From the NCBI GenBank assembly GCA_041665345.1, contig JBAYJA010000001.1:602522-666521 (forward strand): a DNA stretch of 64,000 nucleotides, read 5' to 3'. Made by a program: the position numbers and the translations under genes. Within the stretch, counting starts at the first letter, position 1. Every line of letters starts with the position of its first letter. The stretch comes from Patescibacteria group bacterium (GTDB taxonomy: Bacteria; Patescibacteriota; Patescibacteriia; PEXW01). Of the stretch, positions 1 to 10,116 are shown in pieces. The notes under the pieces were generated by a model that had not been told where the DNA came from, ran no database searches, and saw only the letters and a program-made list of their open reading frames with translations.

Positions 1-294
1 GCAAGCCCAGACGCGGTGCAAACTGTACGAGAAGCAATGCGACAAGCAGTGACCAATGGCAGCGCCCGGCGCCTGCAAAGCTTAGGTGTCGCAGCCGGAG
101 GGAAGACTGGAACCGCACAATTTGGCAATGAAGGAAAAACGCATGGCTGGTTTGTGGGATTTGCACCGTATGATCACCCAACTATTGCAATTGCGGTCAT
201 TGTAGAAGCAGGTGGCGAAGGACATGCCACAGCCCTCCCAATTGCAGAGGCTGGACTCAAGGCCTGGTTGGCGAAAGGTACCCCGGCGAGTTGA
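1..294 (+). CDS. Penicillin-binding protein (transpeptidase domain), C-terminal fragment truncated by window start
   Basis: Frame continues from position 1. The KTGTA motif (SxxK/SxN/KTG class) and C-terminal tail are typical of class B PBPs. Confidence 0.55.
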   Translation, partial: ASPDAVQTVREAMRQAVTNGSARRLQSLGVAAGGKTGTAQFGNEGKTHGWFVGFAPYDHPTIAIAVIVEAGGEGHATALPIAEAGLKAWLAKGTPAS

Positions 295-348
295 CAGCTT
301 TTCCGTTCACCCGTATCCTGTCAACCACACCTCCATCTCGCTCGACTT

Positions 349-822
349 TTGATTGCTGCACCTATGACCCAGAAACAATTTCTCACGCCTGAGGGTTTAG
401 AAAAACTCACCGCTGAATTGCAGCAGCTGAAGGTTGAGAAACGCCGTGAGCTGGCAAACCGCATTCAGGAAGCAAAAGAGTTGGGTGACCTTTCTGAAAA
501 TGCAGAGTACCAGGAAGCGAAGAATGAGCAATCCTTTGTGGAAGGCCGAATTTTGGAAATTGAAATGACGCTCAAGAGCGCAGAGGTTATTCAACCATCC
601 AATTCTGGTACGGCGCAGGTTGGTTCGCACGTGACCATTGCCATGGCGGGGAAAAGCCATACCTACCACATTGTGGGTTCCAATGAAGCGGACCCAACGA
701 ATGGCCGTATTTCCAATGTGTCGCCGTTGGGCCAAGCCTTCCTTGGTCGGAAGGCGGGGGATACTGCCAGCATTGCCACCCCCAGTGGGGAAATTGAGGC
801 AAAAATTACCAAGGTCGCGTAA
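349..822 (+). CDS. greA: Transcription elongation factor GreA
   Basis: N-terminal coiled-coil LTPEGLEKLTAELQQL and the C-terminal FKBP-like domain are typical of GreA. An alternative start MTQKQ lies at 364. Confidence 0.85.
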   Translation: MIAAPMTQKQFLTPEGLEKLTAELQQLKVEKRRELANRIQEAKELGDLSENAEYQEAKNEQSFVEGRILEIEMTLKSAEVIQPSNSGTAQVGSHVTIAMAGKSHTYHIVGSNEADPTNGRISNVSPLGQAFLGRKAGDTASIATPSGEIEAKITKVA

Positions 823-909
823 TCAGCTCCGGTGTTTCGCATACCCAGAAGCGCCATGCGCGTCCGTTCTTGGCTTGTCAAAAAGCAGAAAAACCCATAA
901 AATCAGGGC

Positions 910-2364
910 ATGCCTGTGGATATTAATGACGAACGAAGTGTCCGATTGCAACGCCTGGGTGAGCTCCAGGGCGCGGGTATTTCGGCGTACCCAAGTCACT
1001 CGATGCGGACGCATACCATTGCGCAGCTCATCGCAGCCTTTGCCGATGGGGGCGAGGAAGTAACCATCGTTGGGCGGCTACGTGGCGTGCGCCGCCATGG
1101 CGGCTCCACATTTTTGGATCTTGAGGACAGTACTGGTCGCTTTCAGGTTTTTTGCAGTAAAGCGGATTTGGCAGCAGTGTACGAGCAGCTCATCACTCGG
1201 TTGGATTTAGGTGACCACGTCCAAGCGACAGGTAAACCTTTCCGTACCAAAGCTGGTTCACCGGCACTCCACGCTTCAGACGTGACGCTGCTCAGTAAGG
1301 CGCTCCGCCCTTTACCTGAACAATTTCACGGTTTGACCGATACAGAACTTCGGTACCGTCGCCGTGAGCTTGACTTGATTGCCAACCCCGAAGCTCGGTC
1401 CGTCGCCCGAACTCGGTCGATGATTCTCCGTACCCTGCGTGCGTACCTGGATGAAGCCGGTTTTTTGGAAGTGGAAACCCCAATATTACAATCTATTGCC
1501 AGTGGCGCTTCCGCAAAGCCTTTTGTGACACATCACAACACCTTGCACGAAGACCTCTACCTCCGCGTGGCACCAGAGCTCTACCTGAAACGTTTAATCG
1601 TGGGCGGTTTGGAAAAGGTGTACGAAGTTGCACGTTGCTTCCGGAACGAGGGTATGGATCCGCAGCATAATCCGGAGTTTACCCAAATTGAATTCTACGC
1701 AGCGTACTGGGACTACCAGCAGATGCTCACGTTCTGCCAGGATGTGCTGGTGCACACTGTGGAAAAGGTGCACGGCAAACTGGTATTGGAATTTGATGGG
1801 AAGGCCCTGGACTTCACGCCGCCCTTCGCCAAAGCCTCATACATTGAGCTCCTGAAGGAACATTGCGGCGTCAATATTTTAGAAGCGACTGAGCAGGAAC
1901 TTTCCGCCGCCATTGCAGCAGCCGGAGGAGACGCAGACCCCAAGGCTGGTCGTGGCAAACTCATTGACGAACTGTGGAAGACGGCGGTTCGGCCATCCAT
2001 CCAACGCCCAACATTCGTAACAGATTATCCAGCTGAACTCTCGCCACTCGCCAAACGCTCAGCGAAAGATCCACGCGTGGTAGAAATGTTCCAGCTGGTC
2101 ATTGCCGGCAGTGAGCTTATCAAAGCTTTTACAGAGTTGAATGACCCAGTTGACCAGCAGGCTCGTTTTACGGAGCAAGATGCCTTACGGAAAAAAGGTG
2201 ATGATGAAGCGCAGTATACTGACGAAGTATTTGTGGAATCTCTAGAGTACGGCATGCCGCCAACCGCGGGCGCTGGTCTGGGCATTGACCGGCTCACGAG
2301 TATTCTCACCGGCAGTCATAGTGTGAAAGAAGTGATTCTCTTTCCCACGCTGCGAAAAAATTAG
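910..2364 (+). CDS. lysS: Lysyl-tRNA synthetase, class II
   Basis: OB-fold anticodon-binding N-terminus plus class II motifs FRNEGMDPQHNPEFTQIEFY and GAGLGIDRL. Confidence 0.9.
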   Translation: MPVDINDERSVRLQRLGELQGAGISAYPSHSMRTHTIAQLIAAFADGGEEVTIVGRLRGVRRHGGSTFLDLEDSTGRFQVFCSKADLAAVYEQLITRLDLGDHVQATGKPFRTKAGSPALHASDVTLLSKALRPLPEQFHGLTDTELRYRRRELDLIANPEARSVARTRSMILRTLRAYLDEAGFLEVETPILQSIASGASAKPFVTHHNTLHEDLYLRVAPELYLKRLIVGGLEKVYEVARCFRNEGMDPQHNPEFTQIEFYAAYWDYQQMLTFCQDVLVHTVEKVHGKLVLEFDGKALDFTPPFAKASYIELLKEHCGVNILEATEQELSAAIAAAGGDADPKAGRGKLIDELWKTAVRPSIQRPTFVTDYPAELSPLAKRSAKDPRVVEMFQLVIAGSELIKAFTELNDPVDQQARFTEQDALRKKGDDEAQYTDEVFVESLEYGMPPTAGAGLGIDRLTSILTGSHSVKEVILFPTLRKN

Positions 2365-2370
2365 GTTCCC

Positions 2371-3648
2371 ATGCTTGACCGAAAAATTTTTCTCACGCAG
2401 CCAGACGCAGTTTTTGCCGGCCTGAAAAAACGTGGCAAGAAGTTTTTTGATGCAGCCAAACTGCTTGCGGAACTACTGGAAAAAAGTCAGGGCGAGCGGC
2501 AGGCACTGGAATTGCTGCAGAGCCAGCTGAATGCCGGCAGCAAAGCTTTGGCACAGGTGAAAGGGGATGAGCGAACCAGCAAGCTTGCAGAATTAAAAAA
2601 ACTTTCGGAGAAAGTGAAGGTTGATGAAGCACGGCTTCGAGCATCGGAAGAGGCAATTACCACGGGCATCCAGGCCTTGCCAAATATTCCGCTTGCGGAT
2701 GTGCCTGAAGGAAAAGACGCGGATGCCAATGTGACCCTGCACGAGGTAGGGGAGCGGCCAAACCTGCAATCACCCAAAGACTACCTTACCCTAGCCGAAA
2801 GCTTAGGAATTATTGACGTACAGCGTGCCGCGAAAGCCTCTGGCTCGCGTTTTGGCTACCTTGTGGGTTCTGGGGCGCTTTTAGAGTTTGCGTTGCTCCA
2901 ATACGCCATGAAAGGCCTTCTGGAGGCTGGTTTTACCCCCATGATCCCGCCAGTGCTGGTCAAAGAGGAGTTTATGGCTGGAATGGGGTACCTGGCACAA
3001 AGCGGGGAGGAGGAAGTGTACCACTTCCCAAAGGATAAGCAGTACTTGGTAGGAACGTCCGAACAAACCCTTGGCGCTTACCACGCAGATGAAATGTTGA
3101 CACCCGAAGAATTACCGAAAAAGTATGCTGGTTTTTCCACCTGCTTCAGAAGGGAAGCGGGGAGTTACGGGAAAGACACGAAGGGCATTCTACGGGTACA
3201 TCAGTTTGATAAAGTGGAAATGTTTGTGGTCTGCACACCTGAGGCATCGCAAGACCTGCACGAAGAACTTCTAGCGATGCAAGAAAAACTCGTTCAAGGT
3301 TTAGGCTTGCCGTACCGAGTAGTGAAACTTTGCACTGGTGACATGGGTTTCCCTTCGGCAAAAACCTACGACATTGAATGCTGGCTCCCAGGCCAGAATA
3401 GCGGTAAGGGTGAGTATCGAGAAACGCATTCCACGTCGAATACGACGGACTACCAAGCTCGCGCGCTGAATGTACGGGTGAAAAATGCCGAAGGGAAAAA
3501 TATTGTTGCACACATGCTGAACGGCACGGCGTTTGCTATGGGCCGGACCATCATCGCCATTCTGGAAAATTACCAGCAGGCAGATGGGACAATTCGGGTG
3601 CCAGAGGTTCTGCAACCTTTCATGCATGGGGTGACGGAAATCCGGTAA
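2371..3648 (+). CDS. serS: Seryl-tRNA synthetase
   Basis: N-terminal long coiled-coil arm plus class II core, with a TCFRREAGSYGKDTKGILRVHQF motif-2 region. Confidence 0.9.
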   Translation: MLDRKIFLTQPDAVFAGLKKRGKKFFDAAKLLAELLEKSQGERQALELLQSQLNAGSKALAQVKGDERTSKLAELKKLSEKVKVDEARLRASEEAITTGIQALPNIPLADVPEGKDADANVTLHEVGERPNLQSPKDYLTLAESLGIIDVQRAAKASGSRFGYLVGSGALLEFALLQYAMKGLLEAGFTPMIPPVLVKEEFMAGMGYLAQSGEEEVYHFPKDKQYLVGTSEQTLGAYHADEMLTPEELPKKYAGFSTCFRREAGSYGKDTKGILRVHQFDKVEMFVVCTPEASQDLHEELLAMQEKLVQGLGLPYRVVKLCTGDMGFPSAKTYDIECWLPGQNSGKGEYRETHSTSNTTDYQARALNVRVKNAEGKNIVAHMLNGTAFAMGRTIIAILENYQQADGTIRVPEVLQPFMHGVTEIR

Positions 3649-3663
3649 GCCAGCAACGAATCC

Positions 3664-4785
3664 ATGCTCACAAGTATTCACGTATCACGTTCCGCTCTGG
3701 TACGGAATGTGCAGATTTTTCAAAAACTACTCTCACCGCGAGTGCAGCTCATGGCAGTCGTGAAAAGTAATGCCTACGGTCACGGGGTCAAATTGTGTGC
3801 GCCGGTTTTTGATCATGCCGGCGTTCAGCGGTTTGGCACGGCCAGCGTTTCCGAGGCGCTATTGCTTCGAAAGTACGTGACGCGAAAACCCATCCTTGCC
3901 CTGAGCTACGTGGATGTCACAGATACTGAGCTCCGCCTCGCCTGGAAACTAGGTATCCGCGTTCCGGCGTATACCATGCAGATGCTCAAACGTTTTCAGA
4001 AAGTAGCTCGGCGGTCTCAATCACCCGTACGTATGCACCTAAAGGTAGACACCGGCACAACCCGCGTTGGTTTTCAGCTGCATGAAATGCCATCGGTGAT
4101 CCGTTACCTGAAAAAATGTCCGAAAATTATGGTAGAAGGGATTTTTAGCCACTTTGCCGATGCAGAAGGGGAGTCAACAGCTTTTTCCAGCCTTCAGACC
4201 AAACGATTTGTAAAAATTTCTCAGGGACTTGCCCAAATAAACAAAAAACGATTCCTTACGCATCTCTCGTGTTCGGCTGGGGTGTTCCGATTTCCAGAAG
4301 CAGATTTTTCCATGGTTCGAGTAGGTATGTCGCTCTACGGTATTGGCACAGTCACCAAGCAACAAGCAGTCAGCTCTCGGTCAGGGATTGACCAGTTGCG
4401 ACCCGCGCTCTCCTGGTACACACAACTTATTCAGGTCAAGGATGTTCCCGCAGGGACAAGTGTTGGGTACGGCCGGACATTCCGTTTTCAGAGGGCTGGA
4501 AAGGTTGGTATCCTGCCAGTTGGATACTGGGAAGGCTTAGATCGACGCCTGTCCAATAAGGGTAGCGTGAGCATAAGCGGGCAGCGTGTGCCGATCCGCG
4601 GGCGCATTTGCATGAACCTCTCCATGGTTGATGTAACGAAAGTAAAACGAGCGAAAGCCGGAACCCCAGTGGAGCTCATTGGCCCTCACCAACCTGCCAC
4701 AAAAACTGCAGAATTGGCTGGGATGATACCCTATGACTTTCTCACTCGCCTGAATCCAGAGATTCCCAGAGTCTTAGTACCGTAG
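3664..4785 (+). CDS. alr: Alanine racemase
   Basis: PLP-binding motif AVVKSNAYGHG near the N-terminus and TIM-barrel plus C-terminal beta domain architecture. Confidence 0.85.
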   Translation: MLTSIHVSRSALVRNVQIFQKLLSPRVQLMAVVKSNAYGHGVKLCAPVFDHAGVQRFGTASVSEALLLRKYVTRKPILALSYVDVTDTELRLAWKLGIRVPAYTMQMLKRFQKVARRSQSPVRMHLKVDTGTTRVGFQLHEMPSVIRYLKKCPKIMVEGIFSHFADAEGESTAFSSLQTKRFVKISQGLAQINKKRFLTHLSCSAGVFRFPEADFSMVRVGMSLYGIGTVTKQQAVSSRSGIDQLRPALSWYTQLIQVKDVPAGTSVGYGRTFRFQRAGKVGILPVGYWEGLDRRLSNKGSVSISGQRVPIRGRICMNLSMVDVTKVKRAKAGTPVELIGPHQPATKTAELAGMIPYDFLTRLNPEIPRVLVP

Positions 4786-4787
4786 CT

Positions 4788-5609
4788 ATGCGCTGGAATA
4801 ATCGAACTCGCTCAACGCACCGAGGCAACCCGCTCTTTGCTGAACCCCAGCAAGGATCGTGGATTCTTCGGCACCCGCGGTGGAGCATCTTCATTTTCTT
4901 GGTTATCGTCATTGGGGCAATGTACGGAATCTACGGCGCACCGTTTTGGCAACTGCAGAAAGCAGAAGTGCGAGGGACGTACACATTGCCTATTGACCAG
5001 CTTCGTGCCGAGATAAAAGCGCAAACCCAGGCGCGATGGTTGCTCTTCTTCCGGCAAAGTGGCTTGTGGTCGTTTGATACCAAAGCCCTGGAGCGACGCT
5101 TACGCTCCCGTTGGATATTTACAGATCTCAAGGTTACTCGTTCGCCCCTGCATACGCTGCGCATCACACTTCAGGAGGAGTTACCAACTTTCCTGTTGCC
5201 AGTAAATGGTATAACTTTTGGCATCAATAGCCAGGGCGTAGCCTCGGCCATGGTCGACGTTACCAAGCTTGGCCAGGTACCACTGCTCACCCCTGCGCAG
5301 CTCCCAAGTCCACTGGCGTTAGAAGCCGAGATTGTAAGCCCAGCTGATGCGAGCTTTCTCCATACGTTTTCCCAAGCGGTACGCGAACGCGACAGCAAGC
5401 AGCTCGCCGTGAAAAGTATTACCTTGCCCGCAGCGCCGGATCGTACAGCACAGCTGACCCTGGCCACTGGTTGGTCCATCATTGTTGACCGCTCTGGTGA
5501 CGCAAAGAAGCAGCTGGAAGCTTTCCTGCTGGCCTATGACCAGAAGCTGGTAGGGAAGTCCCTGGAGTACGTCAACGTGACTGTGCCAGCCCGGGTCTAC
5601 TACAAATAA
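4788..5609 (+). CDS. Cell division protein FtsQ/DivIB-like (single TM plus POTRA-like domain)
   Basis: N-terminal TM helix FIFLVIVIGAMYGIY followed by a POTRA-like segment, with a C-terminal YVNVTVPARVYYK resembling FtsQ. Homology is weak. Confidence 0.45.
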   Translation: MRWNNRTRSTHRGNPLFAEPQQGSWILRHPRWSIFIFLVIVIGAMYGIYGAPFWQLQKAEVRGTYTLPIDQLRAEIKAQTQARWLLFFRQSGLWSFDTKALERRLRSRWIFTDLKVTRSPLHTLRITLQEELPTFLLPVNGITFGINSQGVASAMVDVTKLGQVPLLTPAQLPSPLALEAEIVSPADASFLHTFSQAVRERDSKQLAVKSITLPAAPDRTAQLTLATGWSIIVDRSGDAKKQLEAFLLAYDQKLVGKSLEYVNVTVPARVYYK

Positions 5610-5615
5610 TTTTTT

Positions 5616-6053
5616 ATGCTCCTAAGTGTCCATGTGGTTACCGGTGCAGCAGTTGCGGTTGTGATCCGTGATCCTACACTCATCCCACCATTATGTTTTG
5701 CGACACATCTGGTTATGGACATGCTCCCACACTGGAATTTTCCCATTCCAAAAGGGAAGTCTCTTGGGCAATTTGTGGAATCCTTTGGTCCAGACTTGTT
5801 TGCGACGATCCTGGTGTACCTTGGATTGCTCCTGTGGCATCCAGAACTGTGGTGGTTAACCAGCTGGGGCGTGTTCTGGACCGTCCTGCCAGACTTCCTA
5901 ACCTTGTTCCGCAAGGACAAGCCTTGGCGGCTTTGGCTGCGTGGCTACTACAAGCTCCACAATGCACTGCAAACCGAAGTGCAGCCAAGTATTGGTTTGA
6001 TCATGCAAGCATTTGTAGTCTTCATTTGCATCATTATCTTGCGTAGTGCCTAA
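5616..6053 (+). CDS. Hypothetical small membrane protein
   Basis: Starts 6 nt after the preceding gene and has several hydrophobic segments, with a HLVMDMLPH motif. No family recognised. Confidence 0.4.
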   Translation: MLLSVHVVTGAAVAVVIRDPTLIPPLCFATHLVMDMLPHWNFPIPKGKSLGQFVESFGPDLFATILVYLGLLLWHPELWWLTSWGVFWTVLPDFLTLFRKDKPWRLWLRGYYKLHNALQTEVQPSIGLIMQAFVVFICIIILRSA

Positions 6054-6225
6054 GCAGGCATTCTAGGGGGAAAGTAGCCAGAAACCCCTTGGCATCACGT
6101 ACAAAGGTTTCTTTCTATCCTATTGGGTCATAAAAGGTATATTCTGCGACACATAATATGTACAGGATACTCATCATTCAGTACCATCCCCTGTAGCCAA
6201 AGTACATTTAAAAGAAGGAGAGTAC

Positions 6226-6489
6226 ATGAGGGCACTTCCATCGGTTACTGGAATGTCAAACTTTGAACTCAGGATTTTTCAATGGTTTTCCTGGGTCGGG
6301 TGGGTGTTCTTTTTCAGCATTATTGTCTGGGTTGTTTTACCGCAATGGACAAACATGCCGATGTGGATTCAGATAGTCCTAAATCCATTGACGGCAATCC
6401 TCAGTTGGTTGCTTGGCTATAAGTTACTAGTCGGTCCCCTCTTCTGCGGGTTTGCAACTCGGATTGAAACCAACCAAATCGGTGAGTAA
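6226..6489 (+). CDS. Hypothetical 2-TM small membrane protein
   Basis: RBS AAGGAG 7 nt upstream of the ATG, two hydrophobic helices, and a terminator immediately downstream. Confidence 0.4.
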   Translation: MRALPSVTGMSNFELRIFQWFSWVGWVFFFSIIVWVVLPQWTNMPMWIQIVLNPLTAILSWLLGYKLLVGPLFCGFATRIETNQIGE

Positions 6490-6498
6490 ACAAAATAG

Positions 6499-6530
6499 GC
6501 GTACCTATCCAATGGTACGCTTTCTTTTTT
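6499..6530. terminator. Rho-independent terminator between convergent genes
   Basis: Stem GCGTACC / GGTACGC with an 8-nt loop, followed by TTTCTTTTTT. Confidence 0.5.
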
Positions 6531-6541
6531 CACCTAAGTTC

Positions 6542-7801
6542 TTATGGCAAGTAATCTAACGGGTTCACCGGAATCCCGTTCAAACGCACTTCAAAGTGCA
6601 GGTGTGGCCCAGTGGTCATATTCCCTGCACCGGGTGTCCCGGGCATGCCACCGGACAGACCAATAATCTGCCCTTTCTTCACGAAGGTATCCTCCGCAAC
6701 ATTGATTTGGCTCACGTGGCCGTAGACTGTCGAGATGCTGTTGGAGTGCACCAGTAAAATGTAGCTGTACCCAAAACCAGCGTTCTTTGCCCGAGCCACG
6801 TAGCCATCATCTGGAGCGGCAATGGGTGTACGCTGCGGCGTTGGCACGTCAATGGCTGGGTGCTCAAAGTACTTGCGGTACGGGTAGCTTGGGTCATGGA
6901 AGTACGCGCTGATCCCCTTGGCGGGTGACACCGGCCAGGCGAGTTGCACGTTGCGGTTACCAGTGAACTTGGTTAGACCATCATCACTCCCCTGCCCGTT
7001 GGGTTCCAGCTTCGCTTTTACCTGCTCCTGCAGTTGGCGGATGTCACTGTCAGCGGAAAGTTGCTCCTGCCTTGACTGATCAAGGAGATTTGCGTACTGC
7101 TGCTCACTGGATTTCGTTTCATCGAGCAACGTTCCTTTGTAGGTTTTTTGGTCGTTCAAACTTGTCTGCGTGGCTAGCAGTTCTTTTTCTAAGTTTTCTA
7201 ATTCGCGCTTGCGCACCTCACGATCCTGGCGCTCTCGTTCCAAGTTTACTTTGACGCCTTTAAGGTCAGTAAGTGTATCCGTCACCTGACGTTCCATCGT
7301 TGTGGTTGTTCGTAAGTCATTCACCACATCGGAAAAAGAATTGTGAATGACTAAAAGCTCCAAAGGGTCTTTTTGGTCATACCGATGAATAGTACGGACC
7401 AGCTCACCTAAGTAGGCTCGCTTCGTCTGCATGTCCTTTTCCGTACTTTCAATCTGCAGTTGGGTTGCGGTAATTTCGCGTTGCTTATCTTCAACTGCAA
7501 AATCAATAGTTTGCATGTCCGCTTCAGCTTTTTGCATCTGTGCGTCAAGCAGCTCCAGTTCCCCATGCAAACTTGCAGCAACTTTCTGCTTTTCTGCAAC
7601 TTTCGCCGCATACTCCTCTTGCTTCTGCTGCAGTTGCTTGCGTTCAGCTTCTCGTTGCTCAATGGTTCGGTTCAGCTCCTCCACCGTGGTGTTCCCGCTC
7701 ACCTGCGCACGCACAAAGACCCGGGCTGGAATCAGCGCTAGGCTGGCGACTATAACGGTCACGCCGAGGATGAGGATTTTCTTTTTTTGCACTTTCTGCA
7801 T
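6542..7801 (-). CDS. M23 family metallopeptidase with long coiled-coil (EnvC-like murein hydrolase activator)
   Basis: C-terminal M23 motifs HxxxD...GPHLHFE (GHVSQINV, TGPHLHFEVRLNG), a coiled-coil N-terminal half and a signal/TM at the start. Start chosen at MQKVQKKK. Confidence 0.8.
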   Translation of the reverse strand: MQKVQKKKILILGVTVIVASLALIPARVFVRAQVSGNTTVEELNRTIEQREAERKQLQQKQEEYAAKVAEKQKVAASLHGELELLDAQMQKAEADMQTIDFAVEDKQREITATQLQIESTEKDMQTKRAYLGELVRTIHRYDQKDPLELLVIHNSFSDVVNDLRTTTTMERQVTDTLTDLKGVKVNLERERQDREVRKRELENLEKELLATQTSLNDQKTYKGTLLDETKSSEQQYANLLDQSRQEQLSADSDIRQLQEQVKAKLEPNGQGSDDGLTKFTGNRNVQLAWPVSPAKGISAYFHDPSYPYRKYFEHPAIDVPTPQRTPIAAPDDGYVARAKNAGFGYSYILLVHSNSISTVYGHVSQINVAEDTFVKKGQIIGLSGGMPGTPGAGNMTTGPHLHFEVRLNGIPVNPLDYLP

Positions 7802-7845
7802 GGCAAAACCACTATAGCACATTCCAAGCAAAAAATCAAGTTTAC

Positions 7846-9297
7846 CTACGACAGTGTACTGCTGGCTTCAACCAGGCGCTGCAGACTTTTTGCTTTGCCC
7901 AGAACAATAGCGACGCCAAAGACATCCGGACTTTTCGCTAGTCCTGTTAATGCAACTCGGGCTGGCCAGAGTACGGTGCTAGTATCCTGACCTGACGTCG
8001 TAATCCACGCCAAGGTTTGCTCTCGGAGACTATGAGCCGACTCCCAAGCGCTGTCCGTGAGCTGTGACCAGAAGGTGTGGATACTTTGTAAGGCGTGCTG
8101 GGTTGCCTTTGGCTCACCCTTTTTTGGCACCAAAAGCGTTGGCGCAAATGCCAGTTGGTCTGCGAGCAAAAAACTCAGGCGCTGGGGAATTTCGGAAAGG
8201 GTAACCGCCTGTTCTACCGCCAGAGGAATGGCTAGTCGGGCTTGCTCCGGGGTAAGGTGCAAACCTGCTGCTTGCGCCACAGTAATTGGATCAGCCGCGC
8301 GGAGGTGGAGCCGGTGCAGGTGCTGCAATTTTGCCAAGTCAAAGATTGCGCCAGCTTTGTTCACCTGCGTGATGTCAAAAGCGTTGATGAGCTCTGCATA
8401 GGTGGGGAAAAACTCCTGCTCGCTCTTTGGGTTCCAACCCAGGAGGGATATGAAGTTCACCATGGCAAAGGGAAGGTAGTCTTTCAGAAAGTCTCCAGCC
8501 GCGGTTGTGCCGTCACGCTTGGAAAGTTTTTTCCGGTTAGCGCCAAGGATGTGTGAGAGGTGGCCAAAGGTTGGTGCTGACCAGCCAAAGGCTTCGTAGA
8601 GCTGGAGGTGCAAAGGTAAGGACGGTAACCACTCCTCGGCCCGGAAGACGTGGGTGATTTCCATGGCATGGTCATCCACAACATTCGCCAGGTGATAGGT
8701 TGGAAAACCGTCACTTTTGAGAAGTACAGTATCTTCCAGCAGCGCGCTTTGGAAGTTGATGGAACCCCGAATGAGATCGGTGGCCAAAATTGCGCCGGCC
8801 GCTGGCATGCGAAACCGAATAATGTGCCGCTCCCCTGCTGCCGCACGCTCTGCAGCAGTGGTGGGTAGAATGTCGCGGCAGGTACCATCGTAGCCTGGTG
8901 GCAAGTGTTGGCGCTCCTGGGATGCGCGGAGCTCTTGTAAACGTTCTGGCGTGCAAAAGCACGGGTAGGCCTTGCCCGCTGCAACGAGCTGCTGTACTGC
9001 CGTGGTGTAGGATGCTAAACGCTTGGACTGCGTGTACGGTCCACAAGCGCCTTGCTCCGCAATTTTTCCATCAACCCGTACTGGCCCTTCGTCTGGAACC
9101 AAGCCGTACGCTTGCAAAGTATCAACGATGTCTTCAAACGCGCCAGGGACGAAGCGTTGCTGGTCAGTATCTTCAATCCGCAAAATGAACGTCCCACCAT
9201 GCTTCTTGGCAAAGAGGTAGTTGAAAAGCGCGGTACGTAAACCACCAATATGCAAACGACCGGTGGGTGAGGGAGCAAAACGGACACGAGGTTTCAT
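7846..9297 (-). CDS. gltX: Glutamyl-tRNA synthetase
   Basis: RFAPSPTGRLHIGG (HIGH) and KLSKR (KMSKS) class I motifs. Start placed at MKPRVRFAPSPTG to avoid a 90-nt overlap with the upstream gene. Confidence 0.9.
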   Translation of the reverse strand: MKPRVRFAPSPTGRLHIGGLRTALFNYLFAKKHGGTFILRIEDTDQQRFVPGAFEDIVDTLQAYGLVPDEGPVRVDGKIAEQGACGPYTQSKRLASYTTAVQQLVAAGKAYPCFCTPERLQELRASQERQHLPPGYDGTCRDILPTTAAERAAAGERHIIRFRMPAAGAILATDLIRGSINFQSALLEDTVLLKSDGFPTYHLANVVDDHAMEITHVFRAEEWLPSLPLHLQLYEAFGWSAPTFGHLSHILGANRKKLSKRDGTTAAGDFLKDYLPFAMVNFISLLGWNPKSEQEFFPTYAELINAFDITQVNKAGAIFDLAKLQHLHRLHLRAADPITVAQAAGLHLTPEQARLAIPLAVEQAVTLSEIPQRLSFLLADQLAFAPTLLVPKKGEPKATQHALQSIHTFWSQLTDSAWESAHSLREQTLAWITTSGQDTSTVLWPARVALTGLAKSPDVFGVAIVLGKAKSLQRLVEASSTLS

Positions 9298-9308
9298 GGG
9301 TAGTGGAT

Positions 9309-10061
9309 TTACTTCTGAAATCGGAGAAGCCAGAACTGCACCGTAGCCCGCCAAATCCGGGGGAAACGTTTGGGTTGGGTGACCAGGCGCCACCCCCACT
9401 CTAACCCAAGCGAACGCAAAAAGCGAGGCGCGCGGTGGCGGGCACCGGTAAGGAAGTCAATGGCACCACCCACACCGATCATGAGTTTGATGCTGGGCAA
9501 GTGCTTCTTGTTCGCCAGCATCCATTCCTCTTGCAGTGGTTGGCCCAAGGCAATGAAGAGTAATTGCGTGTCACTCGTACGAATTTGCTGGATGCATTCA
9601 GGGGTGTTTACCATCCAACACAGGACCTGGATGCCAGGAAATTTCTTCTGCATCGCTGCAATGACTTGATTGGGGCTTGAGAGACCCTGGGCTGGCACTA
9701 CAATGCCCACGGGTAAATTTCGCTGCACGGCTTGGGCACACAGGGCAAGCACGATATCCGCCCCTGGGTAGCGTTCAGCGACAGGCGTTTTTCGCTGCAC
9801 GGCCCATTGCAAGCCAACCCCGTCAATGAGACTGGCATCAGTGAGCCGGGACAATTCCTGCAGACGAGGTTGCTGCTGCGCAAGTACCACGTACTCTGGG
9901 TTTACGGTCATCACGGTTTTGGGGTGCGCGGTTTGCAAAAACCCATGGAGCAGGTGGACTTGCTCTTGCCTGGATCCGCAATCCACTGCTACGCCATGGT
10001 AGAAAATTCTTTGCATATCTGCATTGTGCTGATTTTCATGGTTTTTCGCAAGCTGCTGCAA
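9309..10061 (-). CDS. WecB/TagA/CpsF family glycosyltransferase (UDP-ManNAc transferase-like)
   Basis: Size and motifs (GVGGAIDFLTG ... RAPRFLRSLGLEWGWRL) are characteristic of the GT26 WecG/TagA family. Confidence 0.8.
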   Translation of the reverse strand: MQQLAKNHENQHNADMQRIFYHGVAVDCGSRQEQVHLLHGFLQTAHPKTVMTVNPEYVVLAQQQPRLQELSRLTDASLIDGVGLQWAVQRKTPVAERYPGADIVLALCAQAVQRNLPVGIVVPAQGLSSPNQVIAAMQKKFPGIQVLCWMVNTPECIQQIRTSDTQLLFIALGQPLQEEWMLANKKHLPSIKLMIGVGGAIDFLTGARHRAPRFLRSLGLEWGWRLVTQPKRFPRIWRATVQFWLLRFQK

Positions 10062-10116
10062 TACACAAAATTAGTAGGCTTGCAAATGTCTTGGCTGTGC
10101 TGTATACTCGTAGCTC

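Noticed and set aside
6054-6225. 172-nt intergenic region inspected for tRNA or small RNA
   Set aside because: No cloverleaf-compatible acceptor/T-arm pattern was found. The region ends in an AAGGAG RBS for the downstream gene and is most likely a 5' UTR/promoter. Other intergenic stretches (847-909, 12303-12348, 53465-53523) are likewise too short or lack tRNA features.
9298-9399. Apparent 90-nt same-strand overlap between gltX and the WecG/TagA gene
   Set aside because: It is resolved by starting gltX at the conserved MKPRVRFAPSPTG methionine, since the upstream extension has no homology.
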